Positions 1 to 9,528 of a stretch of 64,000 nt of DNA are shown here, one piece after another. Location of the stretch: contig JAAEQR010000072.1 of assembly GCA_024231215.1 (NCBI GenBank), positions 65,210 through 129,209 on the forward strand, in the 5' to 3' direction. The DNA is from PVC group bacterium. GTDB taxonomy: Bacteria > Omnitrophota > Gorgyraeia > B26-G9. The position numbers and the translations under genes are program-made. The notes below the pieces were generated by a model. It worked only from the letters and a program-made list of their open reading frames with translations, was not told the DNA's origin and did not search any database. Position 1 is the first letter of the stretch, and each line of letters starts with the position of its first letter.

Positions 1-673
1 CGGGCAAACGGTTGAAGTTCAGCCAAAAGTAAAAATGAATGGTATGCCGATAACCGGTAATGTGGATTTAATTGATCGCGCTTGCATTGAATATGGAGAG
101 GGAGTGGAAATAAAGAAGGTATTAGAAGCAGTAGGTATTGATACGAATATACTTGAAGACCGGGAAATTGTGGTTCGGGTTAACAGAGAACCAAAGATTT
201 TGTCCCAGAGCAATTATCATCTGTTAGTGGACGGGCAGAGGACTGTTTTGACCACTAAGGTTTGTAATGCAAGTAATATTGAATTTCGGGCAGATAATCC
301 TCAGTTTTATCGTATAAAAGATGTGATTTCCATTCCTGCGGTGGGAAAGAGTATAACGGTACGATTAAATGACAAAGAGTACGTGATTGATGGTAAGCCG
401 GGTAGGATTTCTATGAATGGACACCTTGTTGAGCCGGAGGAGTTTTTGATTGATCGTGCGGAAATTATTACCAGTCCCGGAGAGGATGCATTTCCGATAG
501 TCTCACATATATTAAAGCATTTTCCGGTTAATCCGGAAGACCATAAAGGCGAAATTCTTAAAATTTCAGTTAATGGTAAGCCGGGAGGCTTTACTACGCA
601 ACTGTCTGAGGGGTCAGAAGTTAGGATGCATTTTACACACAGATCCAGCTCTAATATAAAGGAGTTTAGCTAA
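1..673 (+). CDS. hypothetical protein, 5'-partial (reading frame is open to window start); possibly beta-strand-repeat FapA/DUF342-like
   Basis: ORF 35..673 is in-frame open back to nt 2, so the N-terminus lies upstream of the window. No recognisable catalytic motif; repeated G-x-V/I-rich segments. Confidence 0.35.
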   Translation, partial: GQTVEVQPKVKMNGMPITGNVDLIDRACIEYGEGVEIKKVLEAVGIDTNILEDREIVVRVNREPKILSQSNYHLLVDGQRTVLTTKVCNASNIEFRADNPQFYRIKDVISIPAVGKSITVRLNDKEYVIDGKPGRISMNGHLVEPEEFLIDRAEIITSPGEDAFPIVSHILKHFPVNPEDHKGEILKISVNGKPGGFTTQLSEGSEVRMHFTHRSSSNIKEFS

Positions 674-825
674 ATGCCCATCTATGGCGTTATTTTTTCA
701 CTCCCTTGTGCGGCATACTAAAATGTATGCCTCCGCGTTCGTTCAAAAATGCCTTATATCTGAACATCTTCCAACACTCCAGTAGTATATTTACCTTTCT
801 TTAAAGGTTTCTTTGTCCAAAAGTA

Positions 826-854
826 TTGACTATCTCTCTTAAATACGCTATTAT
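826..854 (+). promoter_or_regulatory. sigma70-like promoter upstream of topA (TTGACT-17nt-TATTAT)
   Basis: -35 TTGACT at 826-831, 17-nt spacer, -10 TATTAT at 849-854. Sits ~100 nt upstream of the topA start. Confidence 0.5.
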
Positions 855-950
855 ATCAGCAATTATGGGACTGTTACAAAAAGCACATCTGCCCATTTTG
901 CAGCAGTCCCAATTATGGTATTGTTGTATTATTAATAAGGATAGGTAAGT

Positions 951-2969
951 ATGAAAAAATTAGTTATTGTTGAGTCTCCGACAAAAGCGAGAACAATCGG
1001 CCGGATTTTAGGCAAGGATTTTGTCGTATATTCTTCTATGGGGCATGTTATTGATCTCCCGCGTCGTAAAATAGGCGTGGATGTAGATAATGATTTTGCG
1101 CCAACCTATTCTATTATTCCGGGAAAGAAGAAAGTCTTATCCCAGCTAAAGAAAGAATTAAAGAATTCGGATATTATTTACTTAGCGACTGACCCTGATC
1201 GTGAGGGAGAGGCTATTAGCTGGCACTTAAAGGAATATTTGCAGAATAAGAAGAAAAAAGAAAGCCGTGAGTTTCTGAGAGTTGTATTTCATGAAATTAC
1301 TCCTCAGGCAATAAAGGACTCATTTTTGCATCCAAGGACGGTGGACCAGAGCAAGGTAAATGCTCAGCAGGCAAGAAGAATTCTGGATAGAATTGTCGGC
1401 TATGTTTTGAGTCCGTTGCTTTGGAAGAAGGTAGCTAAAGGCTTAAGTGCAGGAAGAGTACAGTCGGTGGCGTTGAAACTCATTGTTATTCGGGAGCGTC
1501 AGATCCTGAGCTTTAATCCGGAAGAATACTGGAAAATTGAAGCAGAGCTAAAGCGCAGAGAACAAGGGCTTGAAGTTTTTAAAGCAGAGTTGTCCAAGTG
1601 TGACGGAGAAAAGATCAAGATAGAAGATCAGAAAAATGCGGAGAATATACTTACAGAGCTTAAAGAACAGGAATATAATGTTGCATCTGTTAAGAAGAGA
1701 GAGAAAAAACGCAATCCTTACCCCCCGTTTATAACCAGTACTTTGCAGCAGGATGCGTTTAATAAATTAAAATTTACGGCTAGAAAGACAATGCTTATTG
1801 CCCAGCAGTTATATGAAGGGATAGAGCTTGGGGAAGAAGGCCCGATTGGTCTTATTACCTATATGAGAACTGACTCAGTGAAAATCGCAGCAACGGCAGT
1901 GGGTAACCTTAGAGAATTTATTGGCAAAGAATATGGGAAGCAGTATTTACCTGCTAAACCTAATTCTTATAAATCAAAGAGATCTGCCCAAGAGGCACAT
2001 GAGGCGATTCGTACTACTTCGGTTGTTCGTACGCCAGATCAGATAAAGGAATATTTGAGTGAAGATCAGTATAAGTTGTATGAACTTATCTGGCAAAGGA
2101 CAGTTGCAAGTCAGATGAAACCAGCGATATACTCTGCGGTTAGCATTGAAATTGGTGCGGGCAGGTATACACTTGTAACTAGCGGGTCAGTACTTATATT
2201 TGACGGATTTTTGAAGATTTATAACCGGGAAGAAGGACAGGAAAAAGGGACGATTCTCCCGGATCTTAAGAAAGGTGAAGGTCTTGATCTACTTGAACTT
2301 ATTCCATCACAGCATTTTACCCGGCCTCCAGCCAGATATTCTGAAGCGTCTTTGGTAAAAGCATTGGAAGAAAAAGGAATTGGCAGACCAAGTACCTACG
2401 CGCCGATTATTCATACATTGATCTTGCGTAATTATGTGCGAAGAGAAAAAGGATATTTGGTTTGCACAGAGTTAGGGATGAAGATAAGTGATATTTTAGT
2501 CGAGTATTTTCCGAAAATCATAAACATAACTTTTACGGCGACCATGGAAACAGAGCTTGATAAAGTTGAAGAAGGTGAGCTTGAGTGGGTTACTGTATTG
2601 AGGGATTTCTATGTACCGTTTAAAAAAAGGTTAGCTTTTGCTCAGGAAAATTTAAAAAAAGAAGTTATTGAAACAGATGAAGTTTGCGAACAATGCGGCC
2701 GGCCGATGGTGATAAAATGGTCGCGTCGGGGCAAGTTTTTAAGTTGTTCAGGATTTCCGGAATGTCGTAATGCTAAATCAATATCAAGTGGAGTTAAATG
2801 TCCTAACGAAGGGTGCGAGGGAGAGCTAATTCAACGTCGTTCAAAACGCGGCATGCGTTTTTATGGCTGCAGTAAGTACCCGGAATGTCGTTACGTATCA
2901 AGATACCTGCCTAAAGAAGGAAAAGAACAGGACGATAATCCTGAGAACCCAGAATCCAGCAACCAGTAG
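951..2969 (+). CDS. topA: DNA topoisomerase I
   Basis: N-terminal TOPRIM (MKKLVIVESPTKARTIGRILG...DPDREGEAISWH). Conserved topo IA core. C-terminal tandem C4 zinc ribbons (CEQCGRPM...CSGFPEC; CPNEGC...CSKYPEC). Confidence 0.95.
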   Translation: MKKLVIVESPTKARTIGRILGKDFVVYSSMGHVIDLPRRKIGVDVDNDFAPTYSIIPGKKKVLSQLKKELKNSDIIYLATDPDREGEAISWHLKEYLQNKKKKESREFLRVVFHEITPQAIKDSFLHPRTVDQSKVNAQQARRILDRIVGYVLSPLLWKKVAKGLSAGRVQSVALKLIVIRERQILSFNPEEYWKIEAELKRREQGLEVFKAELSKCDGEKIKIEDQKNAENILTELKEQEYNVASVKKREKKRNPYPPFITSTLQQDAFNKLKFTARKTMLIAQQLYEGIELGEEGPIGLITYMRTDSVKIAATAVGNLREFIGKEYGKQYLPAKPNSYKSKRSAQEAHEAIRTTSVVRTPDQIKEYLSEDQYKLYELIWQRTVASQMKPAIYSAVSIEIGAGRYTLVTSGSVLIFDGFLKIYNREEGQEKGTILPDLKKGEGLDLLELIPSQHFTRPPARYSEASLVKALEEKGIGRPSTYAPIIHTLILRNYVRREKGYLVCTELGMKISDILVEYFPKIINITFTATMETELDKVEEGELEWVTVLRDFYVPFKKRLAFAQENLKKEVIETDEVCEQCGRPMVIKWSRRGKFLSCSGFPECRNAKSISSGVKCPNEGCEGELIQRRSKRGMRFYGCSKYPECRYVSRYLPKEGKEQDDNPENPESSNQ

Positions 2970-3032
2970 GGACACAGTATTCTGTGTTCCTAGGTAATAA
3001 AAATCCTGTAGGGGCGGGCCTAGCGTCCGCCC
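2969..3032 (+). terminator. two consecutive GC-rich hairpins after topA (GGGACACAG/CTGTGTTCC; GGGCGG/CCGCCC), no clear U-tract
   Basis: Inverted repeats read directly at 2969-2990 and 3012-3032. Confidence 0.35.
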
Positions 3033-3064
3033 GTAATAGAAAACAGTAAAAATCGGGTTTAAAA

Positions 3065-3937
3065 ATGGAACGTTATATCGATAAATTTTTAAATTATCTG
3101 AAAGTTGAGAAAGATTCGTCTGTTCATACTTTAGTAAATTATAGTGTGGATTTAAAAGAACTTTCTTCTTTTGTAGATCACAAAGAAATTAATGATGTTG
3201 ATGTATTGGATATTCGTAAATTTTTAGTATCCTTAAGACAAAAAGGTTTTAAGAAGGTAAGTATTGCTCGTAAAATGGCCTGTTTGAGGTCATTTTTTAA
3301 ATTTTTATGTCGAGAAGGACATTGTAAGAATAATCCGATGATTGGTTTGGTAGGTCCAAAATTAGATAAGAAATTACCAATTTTTCTGGGTGAAGATGAT
3401 ATGAGCAAACTGCTTGAATCTCCTGAGGAGAAAGATCTTGCAGGATTAAGAGACAAGGCGATATTAGAGACGTTATATAGTACCGGAGTACGTGTAAGTG
3501 AGCTGGTAGGACTTAATATCGAAGCTGTTGATTTTATCGGAGGAGTAATTAAGGTTTTTGGTAAGGGGAAAAAAGAACGGTTGGCTCCGATTGGAGATAA
3601 AGCATTGCGGGCTATAAAGAATTATTTGGATAAACGGGCTCGAGCGGGAATAGCTACTATTCGTGCTTTATTTTTAAATAAAAATAAACGCAGACTTACG
3701 GATAGGGGAGTGCGTAATATTATTGAAAAATATATAAAAGTGGCAAGTGTTCGAAACGATATATCTCCGCATAGTCTTAGGCATTCATTTGCTACTCATC
3801 TTTTGAATCGTGGAGCAGATTTGCGTTCAGTCCAGGAGCTGCTTGGGCATGCCAATCTTTCCACGACGCAGATATACACCCATTTATCCACGGAAAAATT
3901 AAAAAATGTTTATGAAAAAACACATCCGAGAGCTTAA
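3065..3937 (+). CDS. xerC: tyrosine recombinase XerC/XerD family
   Basis: C-terminal catalytic region HSLRHSFATHLLNRGADLRSVQELLGHANLSTTQIYTHL (R-H-R-Y signature). Chromosomal context next to topA, not flanked by IS features. Confidence 0.85.
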   Translation: MERYIDKFLNYLKVEKDSSVHTLVNYSVDLKELSSFVDHKEINDVDVLDIRKFLVSLRQKGFKKVSIARKMACLRSFFKFLCREGHCKNNPMIGLVGPKLDKKLPIFLGEDDMSKLLESPEEKDLAGLRDKAILETLYSTGVRVSELVGLNIEAVDFIGGVIKVFGKGKKERLAPIGDKALRAIKNYLDKRARAGIATIRALFLNKNKRRLTDRGVRNIIEKYIKVASVRNDISPHSLRHSFATHLLNRGADLRSVQELLGHANLSTTQIYTHLSTEKLKNVYEKTHPRA

Positions 3938-3949
3938 AAAGGATGAGGG

Positions 3950-5233
3950 ATGAGATTAATTTTAGACTTAATATATATTGTGCTGGCTGTTTTTTATTTG
4001 CCGGCATTGATCTTTCAGGGTAAGCATAAAACTGGATTCCGGGAACGCTGTGGGATATATTCGGAAAAAGTGAAAGCATGGCTGGCGGATGAAAAACCGG
4101 TTATCTGGGTGCATGCTGTGAGTGTGGGTGAGATAAGAGCAGCAGCTCCACTGATTAAGGTGCTTCGGGAACGTTTTCCGGCTATGAAAATCTTGTTATC
4201 TACAATTACGCCTACCGGCAACGCAGTTGCACATCAGTTAGCAACAGCAAAAGAGTTAGTTATTTTCTTCCCGTTTGACTTAAGCCAGATTGTAGCCAAA
4301 ACAATTAATCTATTTAAGCCGCGTTTCTTTTTGGTCATGGAGACTGAAATCTGGCCGAATATGATTTCATGTGTTTCGACGAAAAAAATACCGTTGGCGA
4401 TCGTTAATGGCCGGATATCAGACAAAGCATTTTCCAAATATAAACTTGGAGCATGGTTTTTTAAATTGATCCTAAAAAAAATTGATTTATTTTGCATGCA
4501 GACAGAACTTGATGCGCAAAGGATAACTCGGATTGGAGCAGACAAGACCAAAGTGCATATAACTGGTAACTTGAAATTTGATCAGATAGTCGAAACATCG
4601 AAGCATAACGATATATCTATAGGTCTAAAAAAAGAAGAAAAGCTTATTGTCGCCGGTAGTACGCATGATCATGAAGAAGAAATTATTGCGAGAGTCTATA
4701 TCAAGCTGAAGAAAACAATTCCGGATATAAGACTTCTGATTGCCCCAAGACATCCCCAGAGGACGGCGGATATTGAGCGTACATTAAAAAATTATAATTT
4801 ACGATGTGTCTATATAAGCACAATTGAGGAACACTTAAAAGACATGAAGGGGGATGAAATATTTATTTTAGATACCATGGGTGTGTTGAATGAATTTTAT
4901 GCTTTAGCAGATATTGTCTTTGTGGGAGGAAGTTTAATTCCGCATGGAGGGCATAATCCTATAGAACCAGCGTTATATGCGAAGCCGGTTATTTTTGGCA
5001 AACATATGTTTAACTTTTTAGATATCACCCGCATATTTTTAAAGCATAATGCAGCAATACAAGTAGAAGATGAAGCGTGTTTAATAGATACATTTACGGA
5101 ATTGCTTACCAATAACCAAAAGTGCCAGATTCTTGCCGAACGAGCTCAGGAGCTTGTTCTGAAAAATAAAGGAACCAGTCAACGCATTATGGGATGTTTA
5201 GAGAAGATAATCAGTAATTTGAGACTTGGCTAA
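3950..5233 (+). CDS. waaA: 3-deoxy-D-manno-octulosonic acid (Kdo) transferase
   Basis: N-terminal membrane anchor plus WVHAVSVGEIRAAAPLIKVL motif typical of KdtA/WaaA. GT30 length. Confidence 0.85.
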   Translation: MRLILDLIYIVLAVFYLPALIFQGKHKTGFRERCGIYSEKVKAWLADEKPVIWVHAVSVGEIRAAAPLIKVLRERFPAMKILLSTITPTGNAVAHQLATAKELVIFFPFDLSQIVAKTINLFKPRFFLVMETEIWPNMISCVSTKKIPLAIVNGRISDKAFSKYKLGAWFFKLILKKIDLFCMQTELDAQRITRIGADKTKVHITGNLKFDQIVETSKHNDISIGLKKEEKLIVAGSTHDHEEEIIARVYIKLKKTIPDIRLLIAPRHPQRTADIERTLKNYNLRCVYISTIEEHLKDMKGDEIFILDTMGVLNEFYALADIVFVGGSLIPHGGHNPIEPALYAKPVIFGKHMFNFLDITRIFLKHNAAIQVEDEACLIDTFTELLTNNQKCQILAERAQELVLKNKGTSQRIMGCLEKIISNLRLG

Positions 5234-5236
5234 AAA

Positions 5237-5265
5237 TTGACGGTAATAATTTTTTTTGTTAAAAT
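5237..5265 (+). promoter_or_regulatory. sigma70-like promoter of bio operon (TTGACG-17nt-TAAAAT)
   Basis: -35 at 5237-5242, -10 at 5260-5265, directly upstream of the bioB RBS GGAGGAG. Confidence 0.5.
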
Positions 5266-5294
5266 GTTAACCAAGTCTAATTTTATGGTTGACA
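5265..5294 (+). promoter_or_regulatory. BirA-operator-like inverted repeat TGTTAACC-N14-GGTTGACA overlapping the bioB promoter/5'UTR
   Basis: Half-sites at 5265-5272 and 5287-5294 (7/8 palindromic). Resembles Firmicute-type BirA bioO half-sites TGTTAACC. Sits between the -10 and the RBS. Confidence 0.4.
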
Positions 5295-5312
5295 ATGGAG
5301 GAGATAAATAAT

Positions 5313-6239
5313 ATGGGATGGGCTGGCAAAGAAGAATGGCAAGCTTTGATTGATATTTCCTTACCTGAATTAATTGCACAGGCGGATAAGGTGAGGAAGC
5401 AATATATAAGTTCGAAGATGGAGCTGTGCAGTATTATTAATGCTAAGTCTGGTGTGTGTGGTGAGGACTGTAAATTTTGCGCGCAATCTTCACATTATAG
5501 TACGGATATTTCTACGTTTTCCCTGGAAAAAGAAGATAAAATTATACAGGAAGCTCAAAAGGCTAAAGATATCGGAGCGGGAAGATTTGGCATTGTAACT
5601 AGTGGGAATAGGTTAAGTGATCAGGAAATATGTCAGCTGAGCACAGTAATTAAAAGGATAAGAAGCGAGATTGGCATTGATGTGTGTGCTTCCTTAGGTG
5701 CGCTTAAAAGAAGTGATTTTGAAACATTAAAAAAAGCCGGGCTTTCCCGCTATCATCATAATATCGAGACTTCGCGGCGGTTTTATCCTCAAGTTGTTTC
5801 AACTCATAATTATGAGGAACGAATTAATACGGTTAAGGCCGCGAAGGAAACAGGCTTGGATATTTGTAGTGGTGGAATTATCGGGATGGGAGAGAGTTGG
5901 CAGGATCGCATTGAAATGGCTTGTACTCTAAAAGAACTGGATGTAGATTCTGTGCCTTTGAATATTCTGGTGCCGATAAAAGGTACGCCTTTTGAGACTG
6001 TTTCGCCTATTTCTTGCAGTGATGTTATTCGGACAATATGTATTTTTCGTATTATTCTTAAAGACAAAACTATAAAGATTGCCGCGGGCAGAGAAGCAAT
6101 ATTAAAGGATTTTCAAGCTGCGGGTTTTATGGCGGGAGCAAATGGTATGCTTATCGGTGGTTATTTAACGATAAAAGGACGCGATGTGCAGGCAGATCAA
6201 CAGCTTTGCCGGGAAATAGAAACATTATGGAAAACATAG
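5313..6239 (+). CDS. bioB: biotin synthase (radical SAM)
   Basis: CGEDCKFCAQSS radical-SAM cysteine triad, and BioB-type auxiliary cluster region. ATG at 5313 is preceded by GGAGGAG at 5297-5303. The ORF track start at 5289 is TTG. Confidence 0.9.
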   Translation: MGWAGKEEWQALIDISLPELIAQADKVRKQYISSKMELCSIINAKSGVCGEDCKFCAQSSHYSTDISTFSLEKEDKIIQEAQKAKDIGAGRFGIVTSGNRLSDQEICQLSTVIKRIRSEIGIDVCASLGALKRSDFETLKKAGLSRYHHNIETSRRFYPQVVSTHNYEERINTVKAAKETGLDICSGGIIGMGESWQDRIEMACTLKELDVDSVPLNILVPIKGTPFETVSPISCSDVIRTICIFRIILKDKTIKIAAGREAILKDFQAAGFMAGANGMLIGGYLTIKGRDVQADQQLCREIETLWKT

Positions 6240-7381
6240 ATAAACTTTTACAATTTAAAAAAGAACAAAATCTTTTGCGGACTTTATATCCCGCTGATAT
6301 GAGAAAGCAGGGGCGGATAGGTTTTGGTACTCAAGATGCTGTTGATTTTTCTTCAAATGATTATTTAGGATTGTCTTCTCATCCGGCGCTTAAGGCAGCA
6401 TTTCAGGCCGCAGGTAATAAATTCGGGGTTGGCACCGCAGGGTCACGGCTTTTAAGCGGAGACCTGAAAATCCATCACCAATTAGAAGAAAGAATTGCGG
6501 TATTTAAAGGCAAGGAAAGAGCATTAGTTTATAATTCCGGATACCAGGCTAATATAAGTATCATTAGTGCTCTTGTTACTAAGCAGGATGTAGTATTTAT
6601 GGATAAGTTATCTCATGCCAGTATCATTGACGGTATAAAGTTATCTGGAGCGAGATTTTTTCGTTTTCAACATAATGATGTGGAACATTTAGAACGGCTT
6701 TTAAAAAAAGAAAGAAACAAATTTAAAGACGCTTTTATTATTACTGAAACTATTTTTAGTATGGATGGTGACCGGTGTCCTTTGCAAGATCTTGTTAGTC
6801 TAAAAAAACAATATAATTGCCGTTTATATATAGATGAAGCGCATGCTACCGGGATTTTTGGAGAAAGAGGTAGTGGTTTAGCTGAGTTAGAAGGAGTGTC
6901 CGCAGATGTGGATTTTATCATGGGAACTTTCAGTAAGGCGCTGGGGAGTTTTGGTGCTTACATTGCAGCTTCATCTAAAGTGATTGAGTATTTAATTAAT
7001 GCTTCCCGTGGGTTTATTTATACTACAGCTCTTCCAGCTGCGGTTATGTCGGCAAATTTAGCGGCTTTAGACCTTGTAGAACAAGAATCCTTCAGGCGTA
7101 AAGTTTTATTGGAAAATGCAGTGTATTTTCGAGAAGAGTTGAAAAAAAGAGGATTTCAGATAAAGGGTGATTCTCAGATTGTTCCCTGGGTGGTGGGAGA
7201 CTCTGAGCGTGCAATGAGTTTGAGCCGGGATTTGAGATCAAGAGGATATTGGGTGCTGCCGATACGGCCTCCAACTGTACCTGCCGGAGAGGCTCGTCTA
7301 AGATTTTCTTTAAATTATGACCATGATAAAGAAACACTGAAGAAATTGATTAATGAGATTGCAGAGATTAAAAATGTATAA
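6227..7381 (+). CDS. bioF: 8-amino-7-oxononanoate synthase
   Basis: PLP-dependent class II aminotransferase fold. SHASIIDG and FSKALGSFGAYIAAS motifs (PLP-lysine region). ATG at 6227 overlaps the bioB stop; the track ORF begins at TTG 6206. Confidence 0.85.
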   Translation: MENIDKLLQFKKEQNLLRTLYPADMRKQGRIGFGTQDAVDFSSNDYLGLSSHPALKAAFQAAGNKFGVGTAGSRLLSGDLKIHHQLEERIAVFKGKERALVYNSGYQANISIISALVTKQDVVFMDKLSHASIIDGIKLSGARFFRFQHNDVEHLERLLKKERNKFKDAFIITETIFSMDGDRCPLQDLVSLKKQYNCRLYIDEAHATGIFGERGSGLAELEGVSADVDFIMGTFSKALGSFGAYIAASSKVIEYLINASRGFIYTTALPAAVMSANLAALDLVEQESFRRKVLLENAVYFREELKKRGFQIKGDSQIVPWVVGDSERAMSLSRDLRSRGYWVLPIRPPTVPAGEARLRFSLNYDHDKETLKKLINEIAEIKNV

Positions 7382-8066
7382 TACAAAATTTGAGCATATT
7401 GATCGAAACTATAAAGATAGTCTGGTTTTGATTCCCGGCTGGGCTACAGATTACCGTATTTTTGAATTGTTTGACTTACCATATAATTATCTTATTCCGA
7501 CGGCGTTTTGGCCGCTTGATTTTGAACAAGAGCTTCTTTTAGTACTGGCGGAAAGAAAGATAGAAGAAATTTCTTTGTTTGGGTATTCATTAGGGGGATT
7601 TTTAGCGGCAGAACTTGCTGTGCGTAATCCTGACTTAATCAGCAAGGTTGTATTAGCCGGAATAAGAACACATTATCCAAAAAAAGAAATTGGACTGGTA
7701 AAAAGACTTTTAAAAAAAGATAAAGTTGGATACCTGGATAAGTTTTATGAACAGTGTTTTTTAGATAATCAGGAATTTTTGCGTTTTAAAGAGAAGCTAA
7801 GCAAAAATTATGTTCAGGAGTTTTCATTAGAGTATTTGCTGAAAACACTAGATTATCTTGAGCAGACATCAATCGACGTAGAATCATTAAATAAGCTTAA
7901 AACAAAGGTGACATTGATTCATGGGGAAGATGATCATATTGCTCCGATTCAAGGAGCCCAGACAATAAAAAATAAGTTGAATAATTGCGGGTTTTTGTTA
8001 CTTGAAGATGTTGGACATTTTCTTTTTTGGGATAAGAAATTTAACGGATTGAATGGATTGTTATGA
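7353..8066 (+). CDS. bioH: pimeloyl-ACP methyl ester esterase-like alpha/beta hydrolase (BioH/BioG-type)
   Basis: GYSLGGFLAAELA nucleophile elbow (GxSxG). Position between bioF and bioC in the operon. Alternative start ATG 7374 overlaps the bioF stop. Confidence 0.6.
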   Translation: MRLQRLKMYNTKFEHIDRNYKDSLVLIPGWATDYRIFELFDLPYNYLIPTAFWPLDFEQELLLVLAERKIEEISLFGYSLGGFLAAELAVRNPDLISKVVLAGIRTHYPKKEIGLVKRLLKKDKVGYLDKFYEQCFLDNQEFLRFKEKLSKNYVQEFSLEYLLKTLDYLEQTSIDVESLNKLKTKVTLIHGEDDHIAPIQGAQTIKNKLNNCGFLLLEDVGHFLFWDKKFNGLNGLL

Positions 8067-8830
8067 GCGTTAAAGAATTGATAAGAAACAATTTTTCTAA
8101 AAGCGCGTCTTCTTATGATGCATATGCACAGGTTCAAAATTTGTGTGCTCGAGAATTGGCTCAAAGGATTAATATTCAGTATCCGGGGACAATTCTCGAT
8201 GTGGGCTGCGGAACCGGTAACTTTAGCCAGCTTTTAAGAACAAAATTTGCTCAGGCAAAAATTACCGGAGTTGATATTTCCGAAGAAATGATTCAACACG
8301 CGAAAATCAGATGTAAGCAGGATGATATTAAGTTTATTGTTGCAGACGCAGAAAGAATGGATTGTTGCGAGCGCTTTGATTTAATTACTTCAAACGCAAC
8401 TATGCAATGGTTTGAAGACCTCCCCGAGGTTTTAAATAAATATAAAAATATGCTTGAAGATCAGGGAATGATAATCATTTCTTTGTTTGGGCCGCAGACA
8501 TTTAGAGAGCTAAATGTCTGCTTGCAGTCTCTATGGGGGACCGAAGATGTTATTTATTCTCAACGATTTCTGGATCAGTATGCGATTGAAGTAATATTTA
8601 AAAAGTTTTTTCAAGAAGTTTTGGTTGAAAAAATAGTGCATAAAGAATGTTTTGATAATGTATGGGATATGTTGTGCAGGATAAAATATACAGGAGTACG
8701 CGGTAATTCTTTTGCCGGGGGAAGCCTTTGGACCCCAAATAGGATTAAGCAGTTGGAGGATATTTATCGGGATAAATTCAAGCGGATAGAAGTAACGTAT
8801 GAGATGTTTTTTTGTCGGGGGGGAAAATGA
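8063..8830 (+). CDS. bioC: malonyl-ACP O-methyltransferase
   Basis: Class I SAM MTase motif ILDVGCGTGNFSQLL. Bio operon context. Start overlaps the bioH stop (ATGA). Confidence 0.8.
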   Translation: MSVKELIRNNFSKSASSYDAYAQVQNLCARELAQRINIQYPGTILDVGCGTGNFSQLLRTKFAQAKITGVDISEEMIQHAKIRCKQDDIKFIVADAERMDCCERFDLITSNATMQWFEDLPEVLNKYKNMLEDQGMIIISLFGPQTFRELNVCLQSLWGTEDVIYSQRFLDQYAIEVIFKKFFQEVLVEKIVHKECFDNVWDMLCRIKYTGVRGNSFAGGSLWTPNRIKQLEDIYRDKFKRIEVTYEMFFCRGGK

Positions 8831-9528
8831 CGGCAATTTTTGTAACCGGAACAGATACCGGAGTAGGAAAAACTATTGTTTGTGGGTTGTTAGGGCGATT
8901 TGCGCAGGATCAGGGGCAGCGGGTGGTTACACAAAAATGGATACAAACCGGAAGTAAGCGTTTTCCTGAGGATATTAGTCGCCATTTACAAATAATGAAA
9001 AGGCATAGACAAGATGTTCGTAAGGAGATTTCTTTTATTTGTCCCTATGTTTTTCCTTTTGCGGCATCACCGCATCTGGCTGCGACGAAGGCTTTAAAAC
9101 GCATTGATAAGAATAAAATAAAACAGGCATTTTGCCGGCTACAGCAGCAGTATGATTGTGTTGTTGTTGAGGGGATTGGCGGTGCGTTAGTTCCTTATAA
9201 TAAAAAAAGATTGGTGATTGATATTGCTAGGGAGTTAAAACTACCGGTATTGATTGTAGTGCAGAATAAACTGGGAGCGATAAATCACACTTTATTAACA
9301 ATTGAAGCTATAAAAAAAAGAAACATGAATCTAATCGGCGTGGTATTTAATACACCAGCCGGGAATGCTCAAAAAATAATTAGAGAGGATAATCGGAAGA
9401 TTATTAATGCTTTAACCGGTATAAAAGTTTTTGGGGAGTTACCATATTCCCAAAATGATGAAGTATTGTATAGTGAGTTTAGGAAATGGGGCAGGAGTAT
9501 TATCAGGAGAAGTAACGATAATGGATAA
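8827..9528 (+). CDS. bioD: dethiobiotin synthetase
   Basis: P-loop MTAIFVTGTDTGVGKT. ATG 8827 overlaps the bioC stop and follows GGGGGGGAAA. The track ORF extends to 8812. Confidence 0.85.
   Translation: MTAIFVTGTDTGVGKTIVCGLLGRFAQDQGQRVVTQKWIQTGSKRFPEDISRHLQIMKRHRQDVRKEISFICPYVFPFAASPHLAATKALKRIDKNKIKQAFCRLQQQYDCVVVEGIGGALVPYNKKRLVIDIARELKLPVLIVVQNKLGAINHTLLTIEAIKKRNMNLIGVVFNTPAGNAQKIIREDNRKIINALTGIKVFGELPYSQNDEVLYSEFRKWGRSIIRRSNDNG

Noticed and set aside
3178-3456. Antisense ORFs inside well-supported genes (e.g. 3178-3456, 4015-4221, 4234-4551, 5810-6067, 6667-6921, 16862-17293, 19545-19946, 26554-26811, 38529-38762, 44094-44868, 45102-45437, 46683-46988, 59158-60111, 60631-61213)
   Set aside because: All lie entirely within, and antisense to or out of frame with, genes that have strong motif support. 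They are low-complexity or have no RBS. Treated as spurious six-frame artefacts.
3065-3937. XerC-like recombinase as marker of an integrated mobile element
   Set aside because: Sequence is a canonical chromosomal Xer recombinase located in a topA-xerC-waaA housekeeping string. No att-like repeats, tRNA or phage/plasmid genes nearby.
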